This document shows positions 1 to 13,570 of a DNA stretch of 64,000 bases, piece by piece. Every line of letters begins with the position of its first letter. The stretch's first letter is position 1. The position numbers and the translations under genes are program-made. Source of the DNA: Lama guanicoe (Eukaryota); NCBI GenBank assembly GCA_013239625.1, contig MU054391.1:8527095-8591094 (forward strand), read 5' to 3'. The notes below the pieces were generated by a model. The model was not told the origin of the DNA. It searched no databases and worked only from the letters and a program-made list of their open reading frames with translations.

Positions 1-179
1 AAGGTCGCATCAATTAGTAGAATAATAGTGTGGAAGCTCCAAATATTAATCAAACACTTGAAAGTATCACCACAAGTTCAGATAAATCTGGGATGATGTT
101 AATCGTTTACTGTCAGGATGTTATGGATAAATCTGGTATTTCATCTACTTTCATATAATAGTATATGCTAATATAAATA

Positions 180-620
180 CCCAAGCATTGAACCTGCCTA
201 TTTCAAGTACGTGTTTGTTGTTGTTGTAAGTCCAACTAGAGAATTTAAAATATTATACATTTTAGTAGGAGGGAAAATTGGTAAAGATTATTTCAAAGCT
301 GATGGCTCATGTAACTGGATGAAAGATTACATCAACCACAGAAACCACAGAAAGGTTGAATATGACTAAATTTTAAATAAAAGGTTGTAAATTAGAATTT
401 TTTACTTACTGAGTTTGGTAAACTGTCAAGAATCCAAGAATATTTAAGTAGTCAGTTTGGTACATAGATGTGGAGGTTAAAGGAGCTATCTGTGATGGAG
501 GTGCATTTCTGGATTATCTGAATGTAGGTTATTCTGGCTATGAATGAGGTTCTTTAGGGAGAAACATATTCTAAATGATTTGTAGAGATATAATTAAATG
601 GTCATGATGTAATGAGACAA
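180..620 (+). mobile_element. Highly decayed hAT (Charlie-like) transposase fragment
   Basis: Broken reading frames give motifs in hAT order: IEPA (~186), *LDE (~313-322), EFF (~396), GAICDGGA (~482-505) and IL-*FVEI (~568-590). These resemble LIKPA / QLDESTD / EFLFC / GICTDGA / ILKRFVEL. Confidence 0.35.
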
Positions 621-1176
621 AGTGCAGAAAGCAAAGATTTCTATTTTATAGGAAACAAACAAATGTTTACCTTTGTGTAGTAAGAGAAAGGATGTGTGCA
701 AAGAAAGACTTCAGTTAATTCATCTACATAAAAATAACATATATGCATGTATATGTGGAGAATACATATATATATTAAGCTCTGTTTATTTTTGAAATTC
801 TCCCACATTATGTTATAATTGTATATTATTTTAATACTCTAAACAACATCATTACAAGTTAGAGAAAGTAAATGTTTAATCTGTCATTTCATGTAAGAAT
901 GGGATAGTTCGAATGACAAAGTATAAAATAGGGATAATACTGTGATAATCTCTAAGATATAAAATTTTTATATGAGTAAGGTTAATTCAAACACATGATT
1001 TTTATTTTTAAACAAATTAAATGCAATCTTTAAATACTATCAACGAGAAGCTTGCAGAAACAGGTTCTGCAGGGCGCACAGATGGAGATTCAGGTAGTAA
1101 CACAATGGGAAGAGAAGAGTAATATTAAAATGCAAAAAGGAGATATGGCTTTAAAAGTCAATCGAATAAGAAGTGA

Positions 1177-3012
1177 ATAAATGGATACATGTATCATGGA
1201 CAGAGAGGAGTAAATAATACTGTCAGTTTTCTCAAGATGCTCGCCTTTCCCAGCTTGATCTATAGATTCACTGCATTACCCATCAAAATTCCAGCAAGTT
1301 ATTTAATGATTCTCAACAAACTGATTCCACAGTCTGCATGGAGGGGCAAAGTCCCAGAGTTGTCAACACAGTACTGAAGGAGAAGGACCAAGTTGGAGGA
1401 CTGACAACATCGGACTTCAAGACTTGCTCTAAAGATACAGTGATCAAGAGAGTGCAGTATGGATGAAATAACAGACAGATAGATCCACTGAATGGAGGGC
1501 TCAGAAATGCATCCACAGAAATACAGTCAACTGATCCTTGACAAAGAAGCAAAGGCAACAAAGAGAGTAAAGATAGGCACTTCAATGAATGATGCTCAAC
1601 AACCGGATATCCACATGCAAAAAAAAAAAAATCTAGACACAGACCTTTTATCCCTTACAAAAATTAATCCAAAATGGGATACAGATATTAATGTAAAATG
1701 CTATATTATGTAAGTCCTACATGATAACACAGGAAAACTTTGAGATGATATTGAATATGATGATAACTTTTTAGGTACAACACCAAAGACATGAGCCATG
1801 AAAGAAGAATTAATAAGCTGGACTTCATTGAAATGTGAAGCTTCTTCTCTGAAAAAAGATACTGACAAGAGAATGATAAGACAAGTCACCAACTGGAAAA
1901 AACTGCATAGACACATATGATAAAGGACTGTTATCCAAATATTTTGGACCCAAAATCCAAAGAACTCAGTAACAAGAACATGAAAACCCTAATTAAAAAT
2001 AAACAAAAAACCTGACCAACAATAGACCATATGGAAAATAACCATGAAAAGATGTTCAACATCATGTGTCATTAGGGAGAGGCAAATTAAAACAACTAGA
2101 CACCAGGAGAATGACCAAAATCTAAAATATGGCAAGACAAAATGCTAGCAAGGATGTGAGGCACCAAGGATTCTCATGCATTGCTGATGGGAAAGGTAAG
2201 TGTACACTCTGGAAGACAGTTTGGTGGTTCCCTGCAAAACTAAGCAGATTCTTACCATACAATGCAAAAATCACACTCCGTGGTATTTTAGCAAATGAAT
2301 TAAAACTATATATGCATATAAAACATATACATGGATGTGTATAGCAGCTTTATTCATGTTAATTTTATATAAACATATTCATATGTTTATAGCAACTTTA
2401 TTCTCGTTTTGTCATTCCAAAACAGGGAAGCAACCAAGACATTCTTCAGTAGGTGAATGGGTAAATAAACTGTGGTACATCCAGACGATGGAATATTATT
2501 CAGCATCAAAAAGAAATAAGCTGTCAAGCCAAGAAAAGATACGGAGGATCCTATAGTGCATTTTTCTAAGTTAAAGAAGTCAATCTAAAAAGTTAAATGT
2601 TATAAGATTCCAACTCTATGACATTCTGAAAAAGGCAATACTATGAAGCCATTACAAATCCGTGGTTGCCAGGATTTAGGGGTGATGGAGGGACGAACAA
2701 GCATAGCAAAAAGGATTTGGGGGTCTAGTAAATAATTTTGTATGATACTAAGATGGTGGATATACATAATTACACATTAGTCTGAATCTACACGATGTAC
2801 AGCACTGAGTGCACCCTAATGTAAAATACAGACTTTGAGTGATAACCATGTGTTAATATAGGTTCATTGATTGCAACATATGTACCACCCTGATGAGGTG
2901 TGTTGATAGTGGAGGAGATCGTGCATGTATAGGAAAAAGGGTATATGGGAACCTTTTGTACTTTCACTCACTTTTTTGTGATCCTAAAACTACTCTTAAA
3001 AAAGTCCATTAA
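1177..3012 (+). mobile_element. L1 (L1MC1-like) ORF2 3' part plus 3' UTR, 5'-truncated
   Basis: Degenerate ORF2 text (PSLIYRFTALPIKIP; KLWYIQTMEYYSA) followed by an L1MC-type 3' UTR (…gtatatgggaaccttttgtactttcactcac…cctaaaactactcttaaaaaagtc). Confidence 0.9.
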
Positions 3013-3129
3013 AATTAAATTAACATATAAAAAAGAAAGCAGAGAATGAATGAAAATAGGTAGCATAAAAACTTTACATCTTGGATTTCACAGAATACGC
3101 TGAAGAGGAAGCAAGTTTTTTTTTTTTTT

Positions 3130-4147
3130 TTTTTTTTTCTCTTTACAAGAACACTATTTAGCTCAAGAATCACCTGAATCAACTATTTAAACTAGGGAAA
3201 CTATGAAATCTAGTTGAACATCTGCAGAATTTTAAAGAGCACTTGATGCAGAAAGAGGCTTGTAAATTTTGGGGAGGTTTCACATTCTGAGTAGTGGGCA
3301 CAACTTTCCAACCTCCATCCCTGCAGTAGGCAGCTATAGAGATGGTGGCCACATTCCTGGTTAAGATTTCTCTCGTGCCAAACTGGACAATAGAGACCTT
3401 GCCCTACAAAAAACGGGGCTGTAGGTTTTGATGTACCTGACCGTTCCCTGAGGGGATGGCACAGAGGCTCACCATTACTTCAATTCTCACTGGCTTAAGT
3501 AGCTTCCCTAGCAGTGTTGATCAAGGAACTTAAAGAGACAGAGTCCCTACACCCCTTTTTCCATTATTTAATTCAGGCGCTAAAGTAAATCTCTTTCATG
3601 TCACTGACTGACCAGGAAGAATATAGAACAGAAACTCCCTAACCACACATGACAAGGATTATAGTCTGTATATAGTTTAGAAAATAGTTTTCTATATATA
3701 GTTTAGAAAAGTCACTGAACAAAAACTACAACCTTCCTCAAGAAACAACAGCAATCCTGGGGAAAGGAGAAAGCTAATTTCCAAAGGCCACAGTGCAATA
3801 TCCAAAATGCCCATTTCTCAACAAAAAAAAAAAACTACAAAGCATACAAAAATAGGAAACTATGGCTCATTCACAGGAAAACAAAAATGACAGAAACCAT
3901 CCCTGAGAAAGCCCAGTCACTGGACCTACTAGACAAGTATTTTAAATTATTTGTCTTAAAAGTGCCCAAATAGATGAAATAAATCATAGATAAAATACTA
4001 AAGCAAGTCAGGGATACCGTATATGAGCAAGCAAAGAATATCAATAAAGAGAAGTCATGAAAATGAACCAAACAGAAATTCAATAGTTGAAAATGTAATA
4101 GCTGAGAGATAAAAATCAATAGAAGAATTCAAAAAAGATTTCAGCAG

Positions 4148-4194
<47 letters not shown>

Positions 4195-5760
4195 TTACCA
4201 AAAAAAAAAAAAAAAAGAAAAAATAAAAAAAAAACAGCAAACTTGAAATTAGGACAATTACAATTACCCAGTGAAGCGAAAAAAGGAAAAAAGAAAAAAA
4301 TTAACAGATCCTAGGGAACTATCAAACATTAAACTTACTAACATTGACACTAACATTAGTAGAGTCCCAGAAGGAGAAGAAAGGGTAGAAAAACTATTTG
4401 AACATATTATGGGCAAAACATTACTTGATGCAAAACATGAATTTAAATATCCAGAAGCTTAATTAATCTCAAGCAGGATAAACTAAAAAATATCCACACT
4501 GAGACACATTATAACCAAACTTCCAAAAGCCAAAGACAAACTCTTGAAAGCAGAAAGAGAAAAGTGATGCGTGAAGTAAACTTTACTAAGATTAACAACC
4601 ACTTTCTCATCTGAAACCGTGCAGACCAGAAGACAGTGAGGTAATATTTTTAAAGTGCTGGGGAAAAAAAACTAAGAATTCTATATTTAGAAAAATTACC
4701 TTTTAAGAAGGAAGGAGATATCAGTATATTCTCAGATAAACAAATGCTAGGGGTGTACGTGTGGCAGAACTGTCATACAAGAAATATTGAAGAGTCTTTC
4801 AGGCTAGAAAAAAATACATAAATAAAGGCAGATACTGTATAGTGACTCAAAGCCATACAAGGAAATAGACATCATTAGTAAAGTTAACTATATAGGTAAA
4901 CACTAATATTATTGGTCTATAGAACTACGTTCAGTTTTTTTTTTATTTTTGTCATTTAGTTTTCTATATGATTTAAGATAAATGCATCCAATGGTAATTA
5001 TAAATCTATATTGATTAGCACACAATATATAAACATGTTATTTATGTCAATAACAATATAAAGTGTGGGAGAGAGTGCATGAATGCTATTGAAATTAAGC
5101 TGGTATCAATTTAAGTCTTAACTATACTCTTCATAGTAACCACAAAGAGGATAACTGAAAAATATATATATGAAGGAAATGAAGAGGAAATCAAAATAGT
5201 GTGCTATAAAAAACTCAATAAAACACAAAGTAAGACAGTACTGGAGTTGAGGAAGATAATATTTACAACATATAGAAAGCAAATTGACAAAGTTAAAAGC
5301 TTTTCAATATCAGTAATCATTTTAAATGTAAATGGATTGAGTTCACCAAATAAATGACAGAAACTAGCATAACAGATGGAAACGACAATACCCAACTATA
5401 TGCCCCTTATAAAAGACCCATTTTACACCCTAAGGCACTAGTAGTTTGAAAGTGAAAGGACAGAAAAACTTATTCCATGCAAGTAGTAAGCATAAAGAGC
5501 TGAAGACTTTATACTAATAGTGAACAAAACAGATTTTAAGTCAGAAGTTGTTATAAGAGAAAGATAAGGCATTTAATATTGATAAAAGGGTCAATTCATA
5601 AAGAAGTTGTAACAACTACAAACAGCAGAGTCTCGAAATATGTGAAGCAAACATTGGCAGAATTAAAGGGAGTAACAGACAGTTCTAGGATAGTATCTAG
5701 AGACTTCAATACCTCACTTTCAATAATGGATAGAATAGTGAAATGACCAATAAAATAATG
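3130..5760 (+). mobile_element. Old L1 5' half: 5' UTR, ORF1, inter-ORF spacer, ORF2 endonuclease start
   Basis: ORF1 motifs RVPEGEE (~4360) and TLRHIITKLPKAKD..LKA (~4495-4560). ORF2 endonuclease start SVIILNVNGLSSP at ~5310. Many stops and frameshifts. Confidence 0.85.
4150..4235 (+). repeat. Long interrupted poly(A) tract inside L1 ORF1
   Basis: A 40-nt A run, then TACAATTACC, then further A runs. Confidence 0.95.
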
Positions 5761-6439
5761 ACAAAATGTAGCATTTACATACACATTAATTTTAACCAGC
5801 AAGACCACAATGCGGATGGACCATAAAAATCGTAAGCTCAGTCTAAGAAGCCAGACACAAAGGTCATATCCTGTATGTTTCCTTAATATGATTACATGGA
5901 AACAAGAAAAAAGCACATTTTAATTGAGTGGTTGGAGCAGTTTGCATTTCAGTCACCGTGGCGGCCATAAGTGTTGGGGGTTAAGTTTGTGCAGATGCAT
6001 TGGGTAAGGAAGAGACTATGTATCTCCCTGTAGTGCCACTGCAGACTCCCAGGTATGGAAGGGCTTTGTCTCTCTTAGGTAAAGTTTTATAACGGTTTAA
6101 TGTATATAAAGAGAAATGTACAGCATAACAAATATTCACACAATAAATACACAAACATAAGTGATTTTCTTTATTTTTTTTTTAAATAGTGCCCCAGAGG
6201 CCCTGGAAGGAATGGACTGGAAGCAAGAAATTTCAAAGCAACAACCAGTAGGAAAGTTCTTTGAAGACTGTGGTTGTCATCTAAACAAGCAGTGTTGCGG
6301 GTCTGAATAGAACCATGGAGAAAGAGCACACGGAGGGGAAGTGTCAGACTACATCAATATTTGCTCTAATTAAAAGGAACCGGTGGCCAATTAACATAGA
6401 GGTTAGGAATCCACTGGGCATTTATAGCTCCTGATCACT

Positions 6440-6775
6440 TAAAATGTGGTCCTTTTGAATTGCTATGGCTATGAGGGTAAAACACACACTGGATTTCAAA
6501 AACATTTTTTCTCCCCTCTGCTCCAAATGAATTTGGCCCCTCCCAGCAATGAAAACGCTGATTTTCACAGCTTAAACCTCTAGAACCAGGGTGGAAGGGA
6601 TGGTAACAGCCCCATACAAGAACACAGTTTCCCACTCTCTTACCCAAAGTTCAGTAGTCATTTATGGTTAATATTCAGAGCATTGAAATAGCTGTTTTTG
6701 ATAGTGTTGTCCAGTTTCTCTTTTGAGGGAGTGGATTTGCAAACCTCCTTACTACTGCATGTTGGAAGAAGCCTC
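6440..6775 (-). mobile_element. Ancient L1M 5'-end fragment
   Basis: Ends in …gatagtgttgtccagtttctc…gtggatttgcaaacctcc…ggaagaagcc, like reverse-oriented L1M 5' ends. Confidence 0.45.
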
Positions 6776-6924
6776 TCAAAGCCATTAACTTTTGTTTAGG
6801 CAAATAAATGTAACTCAAGCATCCAAATTTCAGCAGTGGTTTTCTTTTATAATTAAATTATAAAAATTATAAATGAACAAATAAATATTAAATATATAGG
6901 TAAATAGATAGAAAACCAGATAGC

Positions 6925-6990
6925 TACATAAATAGACAGATAGACAGATACATAGATACATAGATAGATACACAGACAGACAGACAGATA
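6925..6990. repeat. (GATA/GACA)n microsatellite
   Basis: Directly visible tetranucleotide mosaic. Confidence 0.9.
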
Positions 6991-9795
6991 AATTCATTCC
7001 TGGGGAATGATTTAGAACTCAAAATACAGAGTGAAAATAGAGGGTCATTACTGCAATTTAAATTTTAAAGCCCTTACTATAAGTATCTTTATTCCTTGAT
7101 GTGGGAAAAGTATAATGTTTTTCTCCAGCTATTAGGAGAAGTGCTTGAATGGTTTTAAAAGCTTTCAAATTTCCAATGTATAATAGGCAATAATATCACA
7201 ACATTCATGTATGCTTTGAAGGCAATACTGACTTCATATAATTCCTTTTCCATTTGATTTTTTTTAATGCCTTACTTTTTACACATCCTGGGGGGTCAGA
7301 AGGTTCTGTAAAATGTGCTTATTTGGTTGATGCAATTAGGTGTTATCCCAAGAACCATAATGTTCCTGGCACTCTGACAAATAATCTGGCAGATTAATGA
7401 CCAAAATCCAATCATCTTTTCTTCTTGTTCCCTCCCTGAACTCTGAAAAGTCACCGGTGTGTCCTCTACATGCTTCATTTTATGTGTCCTGTGTTTATCA
7501 AGCCACACTTCTATTTATCCTGTCAGCCCACAGTGGCAATTTTAAGCTCTTACCTTCACCTACTCTTCCACAGTATCAGACTACACTTTACCCTTGGTTA
7601 GATGTGGTCTTTGTAGACGTGAGGGCAGACATCTTCCATGGAAAACTAAAGATAATTTAAACATGCTAATTAGGCCCAAACTCACCAAAATGCCTCCACT
7701 TTGAATCACATGGGCTAATCGCCCTTTGCCCCTAAATTTCCATTGCAAACCCCACCTTTTTCTCCTAGTTTTGTGCAATATGTCCTCTTGCTATATACAA
7801 CTACATGCCCTTTTCAAAACATGCCAGATATTCACAAGCCATATGCACTGCCCATGCAGTTTCTTTAGAATTCTTTAAATGCAATTATTAATTCAAATGC
7901 ATTCTCACCCTCATACATATGAAGCGACTACTAAGAGACTATCTGGGAAGGGACTCAGAACTCTCAGGGAATGGGGAGAGGTTTCTAAGAGAAAAATGTC
8001 ATTTAAAATGGGCTTTGCATGACAGATGAGAGGAAACAGCACTTCATCCATTCACTCCTTTTTAAAATTTTTAATTTTTTAAACAAAAATGGAATCCAGC
8101 AGTCACAGAAAACCAGTCTACCATTAACCGGATGTGGTGCTCAACATCTTAAATATTACCTCTGATTCTCACAACTTAGTACCTATCTTTGTTCTTTTTT
8201 AAAATATGAAAAAAAAATGCCTTCAGGTTTACTAAGAGATTTTTTTTTTTTACCAATACTTACATGTTTGAGCACTCAGACTATTCATACATGACTGGCT
8301 TGGTAAAAACAACAGTGAAAATTCAAACCATCCTTCACTTCCACAAAAGCAACTGCTACTTTAAATTAAAATGGCAGTTGTGGGAATAACAAGGCCATAA
8401 TGAACATGCATGAGATATGACAGGTTCTCACCATCTACGGGCCACGATGGGTTGCTGGATTATACCAAACTCCTCCTCCATTCTGACTGCTACATGGGCA
8501 TCAGAAGCCCTCCCTGCTGTTCCTGTTTGCTCTGATGGTGAGGTGAAAACCAGAGCCATAGTTGGTGACAGCAACCCCAATGGCATCTTTGAGCCAATCT
8601 TACTGCTCCTTTGGAACAGGAAGACTGCTGTTTGATTACCAGCTTGTCTAAACTGGTGCAAAATCATTCCTCTGGTTACTAGCAAGAAAGAGAAGGATGA
8701 GGGAATCAGACGTTACCACCATCTTAAACATCAAGGGGATGGAGATGGGCTGCCACCAAGTGATCATGTCATCTGAGAATTAAGAATTGAGTTTATGAAA
8801 GAATATAATTTTTACATTTGGATTGAGGCACATATTCAGTTCCCTGATGACAAAGTGACACCTATCCTGGAGCAAGGAGCAAGGTGAATGTGTAATTCAA
8901 GGCTTATACAATGACAAATATCAAGAATGTCCATAGGTGCTTGAGTTGAGTATTTGAAATAAGTTTTCAATTACCATCCAAAATAATACATCTAATGAGC
9001 GACTGGAATAAATCCAGATGTATTGTTAGGGTTGTATATTTTTGGCTATAACTCAAATATAAGCACTGGAGACTGCAGGCAATATTCATATATTTTACCC
9101 ATGTGGCAAACACATTTAGGTGATAAATAAATATTTATTTACTTGAAAGTATGTGGTTATAACCTTGAGGGAAAAAACGACTCCTGATTTCTGCCTGTAC
9201 TAAAACCATGTATGCTGAAATTTATTTATAGACCATATACGATCAAATCTTACATCTCAAATTTGCAGGCCAACCAGTCAGTTGAAACAATTGAAATTGT
9301 TCTATTTTAGGTCAAAAATATATCAAGTAGCAACAGTTTTATATAATTCAGACAAGCATGCCAAATAGTTTTGTTTTGTTTTGTTTTCCTCTCAAGGAAC
9401 AGGTAGGAGGCAAAGGGGGTGCAGGGTGCTAGCATTGGTGGGGACACAGGGAGGAGGAGGGAGGGACACACTGAAACTGTCAAATAGTTTTTAATATCTA
9501 TTTGTGAAGCCATCTACATTAAGACATAGACTTACACCACTCTATACACATTGATAACAGGGCCTAATTTCTCTGTGTCATACATCTGCTCCAAAGTTAG
9601 GTTCTGTATATGGTACATGCTCAGTGATATTTGATGACTGGGTGAATAAACACATATATACTATGTGTATTGGAACGCCTGTGTTCCTAGACTATATATC
9701 TTCAGGCATTGAGGCGTGTTCCAATTTTTTGAAATGTAATTTCAAAATACGCAATAAAAGTTTCCATAATTTTGGGAACTGGAAACATGGATAAC

Positions 9796-9981
9796 TTTTT
9801 GGTATATATATATTTATTGAAGTATAGTCAGTTTACAATGTTGTGTCAGTTTCTGGTGTACAGCACAATGCTTCAGTCATACATGAAAACACACATATTC
9901 ATTTTCATATTCCTTTTCACCACAAGTTACTACAAGATACTGAATATAGTTTCCTGAGCTATACAGTATGAACCTGTTGTT
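9796..9981 (-). mobile_element. Young, severely 5'-truncated L1 3' end with target-site duplication
   Basis: tttattgaagtatagtcagtttacaatgttgtg…gctatacagta is an artiodactyl-type L1 3' end. It is flanked by TGGAAACATGGA (9780-9791) and TGGAAACGTGGA (9981-9992). Confidence 0.85.
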
Positions 9982-10084
9982 GGAAACGTGGAAATTTTCA
10001 TCTAAGACTGGAAACCAGTTTAAGGTCACGCGAACAGGAAGGACTCAAGCTAGAGGGAATGCACTTATCTTCCAGCTTTTTAAC

Positions 10085-10720
10085 AAATGTTTTTTGCTTG
10101 CCCCCCATGCACTTAGAGCTATGATGGGTTCTGGATCTATTAGCTAAGCAAAATAAAGTTCCTTTCCAACAAGGAGCTTAGAGAAGTAAACAGAGAATCT
10201 GTTTACTTCTTAGAAAAGTAAGCAGAGGTAAACAGAAAATGTGTTATGGTTTAAGAACAACAAGCACCTTGCAGAAACACAATTCAGTGTTAGGTAATCA
10301 GAGAAATTTTTTTTGTAATAACAACTCAACTCTGAGACCTAAAGAATATGAAGGTGTTCAGATTAAGGTGCTAATGAAAGAGAGAAGGAAAATGTTCTAG
10401 AGAAGGAATTAGTATTGAAGAGAAAGAGATGTGAAGTCTTCAGAGATCAACAAGCAGGTAAGTCAGTCTAATCTGTTGAGCTTCTTTTATGGTATAGGAG
10501 GCAGCATAAATGAAGAAAGACTAGGAGCAGATAATGGGTGACTGTTGGGTTCATTAAAAACACTGGAACTCAACCTGAGGAGAGTGAGTGAAAGGACTTC
10601 AAGCAAAGAAACTTTTAAAAACCAGATTTTCAATTTGGAAACATCAAACTGGATTCAACGTGGAAAACAGACTGAAGAAAGCCAGATGGAAAGCTGGGAA
10701 CACACTGTCAAAGATAGGGC
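10085..10720 (-). mobile_element. L2 fragment
   Basis: Purine-rich antisense L2 text (aaagttcc…aaggagcttag; gagacctaaagaatatgaagg…). Confidence 0.55.
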
Positions 10721-10859
10721 AGTAATTCAGAAAACAGACAGTAATGGACTAACCTATGGAGGTGAACAACCTGTCCTCTGGGGACAGTGGCCCTGTTTCT
10801 GTATTAATTCTGAATTCCTCTTCGTTTTGAGACTTTAAAGATCTTTTGCTCCTAGATTG

Positions 10860-11190
10860 TACACATCGTGTTCTTTTTCCATGCTGTCTGCTTTTAAATC
10901 TAGAGTGGGTGTCATGGATCTGCTCCCAATAAAGCTCCACTATAGTTCTCTCCCTAGGTCTCCGTGCTTCCATATTATGCAACCCACTAGATATTTCTAT
11001 TTGAATGTTAAATACGTAAGTTATACTCAGGCAATTATGTCCAAAATCAAAGTTTGCAATACCCCATACCTCCTACTTCCCTACTCCCTACCCCAAACCC
11101 CACAAAAGTTTTGCTCCTCCTCCAGGGATTTGTATATCAGGAATGTCACTGTGATTCATGATGTGTTGTTCACCTCACCAGAGACCCTCG
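10860..11190 (+). mobile_element. L2 fragment
   Basis: …catattatgcaacccactagatatttctatttgaatg…aattatgtccaaaatcaaag… is typical L2 sense text. Confidence 0.5.
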
Positions 11191-12176
11191 CTGCGGAGTG
11201 GGTATGCTTTGGATCTTATCAATTCTTCTCTTAAGAAGTGAGCTCAGAGGCCAGGCTGCACAAAGGTGACTCCTTTTTGTCTCTCAAATAAAATACATTT
11301 TTTTCAAACTTACAAAAGTTTGTTCTGTTCAGAAATGATTGTTTTAACTTTTTTACCCTGAAGATGTATATCAGTTTCTTAATGAATAAAAATTGTATTT
11401 TTTTTTACTTAACCTCATTATGTATCAATTGAGTTTACGTAAGTAATGTTTCAGATAATCAAACAGTACATTTTTCAAGAGTTTTTTTCTATAAATTTTT
11501 TCAGTCCTTAAAAATTATATTGATACATCCATATTTCTGAAATTAAGAGTTCTTCTGTGGCTCTCCTTTTACCCAAAAGAGCTACTTCATGATTCTGTTG
11601 TGTTTGGCTGAATAGTTTTATTTTTTTTAAGACATTTAGTTCTGTATGATTGATAAACAAGTATCTTCTGTCAAAATAACTTTGGGACACGGGTCTTTAA
11701 AGTTTTTTTTTAAATACAATATTATAAATAATATTTTTTATAATAACAAACTTTTTTTTTTTAAAAAGAATCTGCTTGCTATCAAGTAAAGGCTTGAGCC
11801 AAGAATATTATGTAACAGGTTAGAATAAAACTCTCAAGTTTTACTAACTCTAAAATCCTATTATCCTGATTCACCAGATTGAATGGCAGACGTGACTTTT
11901 TTTCATCATAGATACTGTGCATGCATTTATAATTGCTTCTGTAAAACTTGCAGAGACACAAAAGAAAGGAAAAAAATGAAAGAAAAGAAAGAATGAAAGG
12001 AAGGGAATAAACAGCAGAAGTCACTCTGACATTTTATTAGCTTTATTCACAAAAGGAATAGTTACATAACTGCATGGTCTCAGAAATGGACAGATACTCA
12101 CATGTGCTGGAACTTCTTTTAACCCCTCATGAGCCTTGAAATTAGGTGCAGAAAAAAAGTCATCATATGGGGTGAG

Positions 12177-12535
12177 GTATTCATCTGCGAGGGCTGCCAT
12201 GACAAAGTATCACAGACTGGGTGGCTTAAACAGCAAAACTGTATTTTCTCATAGTTCTGGAATTGAGAAGTCTGGGGTCAAGATGTTGGAAAAGTTGGTT
12301 CCTTCTGAGGGCTGTGAAGGAAGATCTGTTCCAGGTCTGTCCTCTTGGTCTGGAGTTGATCATCTTCTCCTTGTGTCACCACATCATCTTCCCTTTGTTG
12401 GCACCTGTGCCCATGTTCCCTCTTCTTTTAAGGACACCGATACTACTGGATTAGAGCCCACCTATATGATCTCACTTTAATTCAATTACATCTGTAAAGC
12501 CTTCATCTTCAAATATTGTGATATTTTGAGGTCAT
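12177..12535 (-). mobile_element. MaLR solo LTR (MLT1B/C-like)
   Basis: gggctgccatgacaaagtatcacagactgggtggcttaaa…ggttccttctgagggctgtgaaggaagatctgttcc…taaggacacc…ggattagagccc. Confidence 0.9.
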
Positions 12536-13409
12536 GGTTCCCAAGGAAGCCCAAAACGTAGCAAGACAAATTCTATTATATTTTAAAGCTACAGAATAAT
12601 CCACTTTGGCTAAATGCTCTGTTCACTGTGCCCACCAGGCAGCAGCTCTGCCCCCTTCAGCTCGAGACACCCAGACCCCTTGGCCCCAGGCTCTACCTTC
12701 TAGAACCAAGAAGGTGAGTCCCCCTCTGGAACCAGGAGGAGACAGCCACATACATGGGGGCCTGTGCCCTCTGGGTCTTCTTGAGTTAGGAAGTTGAACA
12801 TCCACCCAAGAGGGAAACTGGGTATCTTTTTTTTTTTTAATAACCTGGAAACCCAAGCACAAATCTTCACATTGCCAACTACCTAATGCCATTGGTTAAG
12901 CTGCTCAATCACTCCAAGTTTTAGGGTCCTTATCTTAAAGGGTTTTTTTAGAATAACATAAAGTAAGACTCTCTTCCATGGACTTTATAGGAAGTCAGTA
13001 TTATTGTTAAAGCAAATTATTTATTGAGAAATAAGCTAAACTAGATGAATTTTAAACTTCTGTCCTCCTTCAAAGGCTATGTTACTTTATGACATTTAAA
13101 ACCTGTAACAGAAATTCCCAGACTCCTCTTTAATAAGCCTTCTGATATTTTTGCTCCTGGAGTAACACACTATTAAGATAAGTACTGACAGCAGAGAAGA
13201 ACAACAACAACAAAAAAATGCATGCCTAGATCATGAAAGATTTAGTTAAATTCCAGCTCTTCTTTTTACACTTGACCTTCTTCTTGGACCACATGGATTA
13301 ATTAGAAAAAGAGAAGCCAGTGGCTTTTTTAGCTCTCTAGATAGAGAATACATTTTCCTCTGTGTGCTCTGAGATATTTCAACTGCAGGGAGTAAAGTGT
13401 TCATTAATG

Positions 13410-13570
13410 CAGTAGAATATAGTGGAATATAGGTTATAATTTCAGAAAGACAGAAATTAGAAGTTCAAATCGGTCTTATAATAGCTGTGTGATGTAGGAC
13501 ACATCTCTTTTCTGGGTCTTAATTATACCATGAATGAAATAGTGATGAGATTAACAACCTCATGCACCAT
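13410..13570 (+). mobile_element. MIR SINE
   Basis: agttcaaatc…tagctgtgtgat…tctgggtcttaatt… core. Confidence 0.55.
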
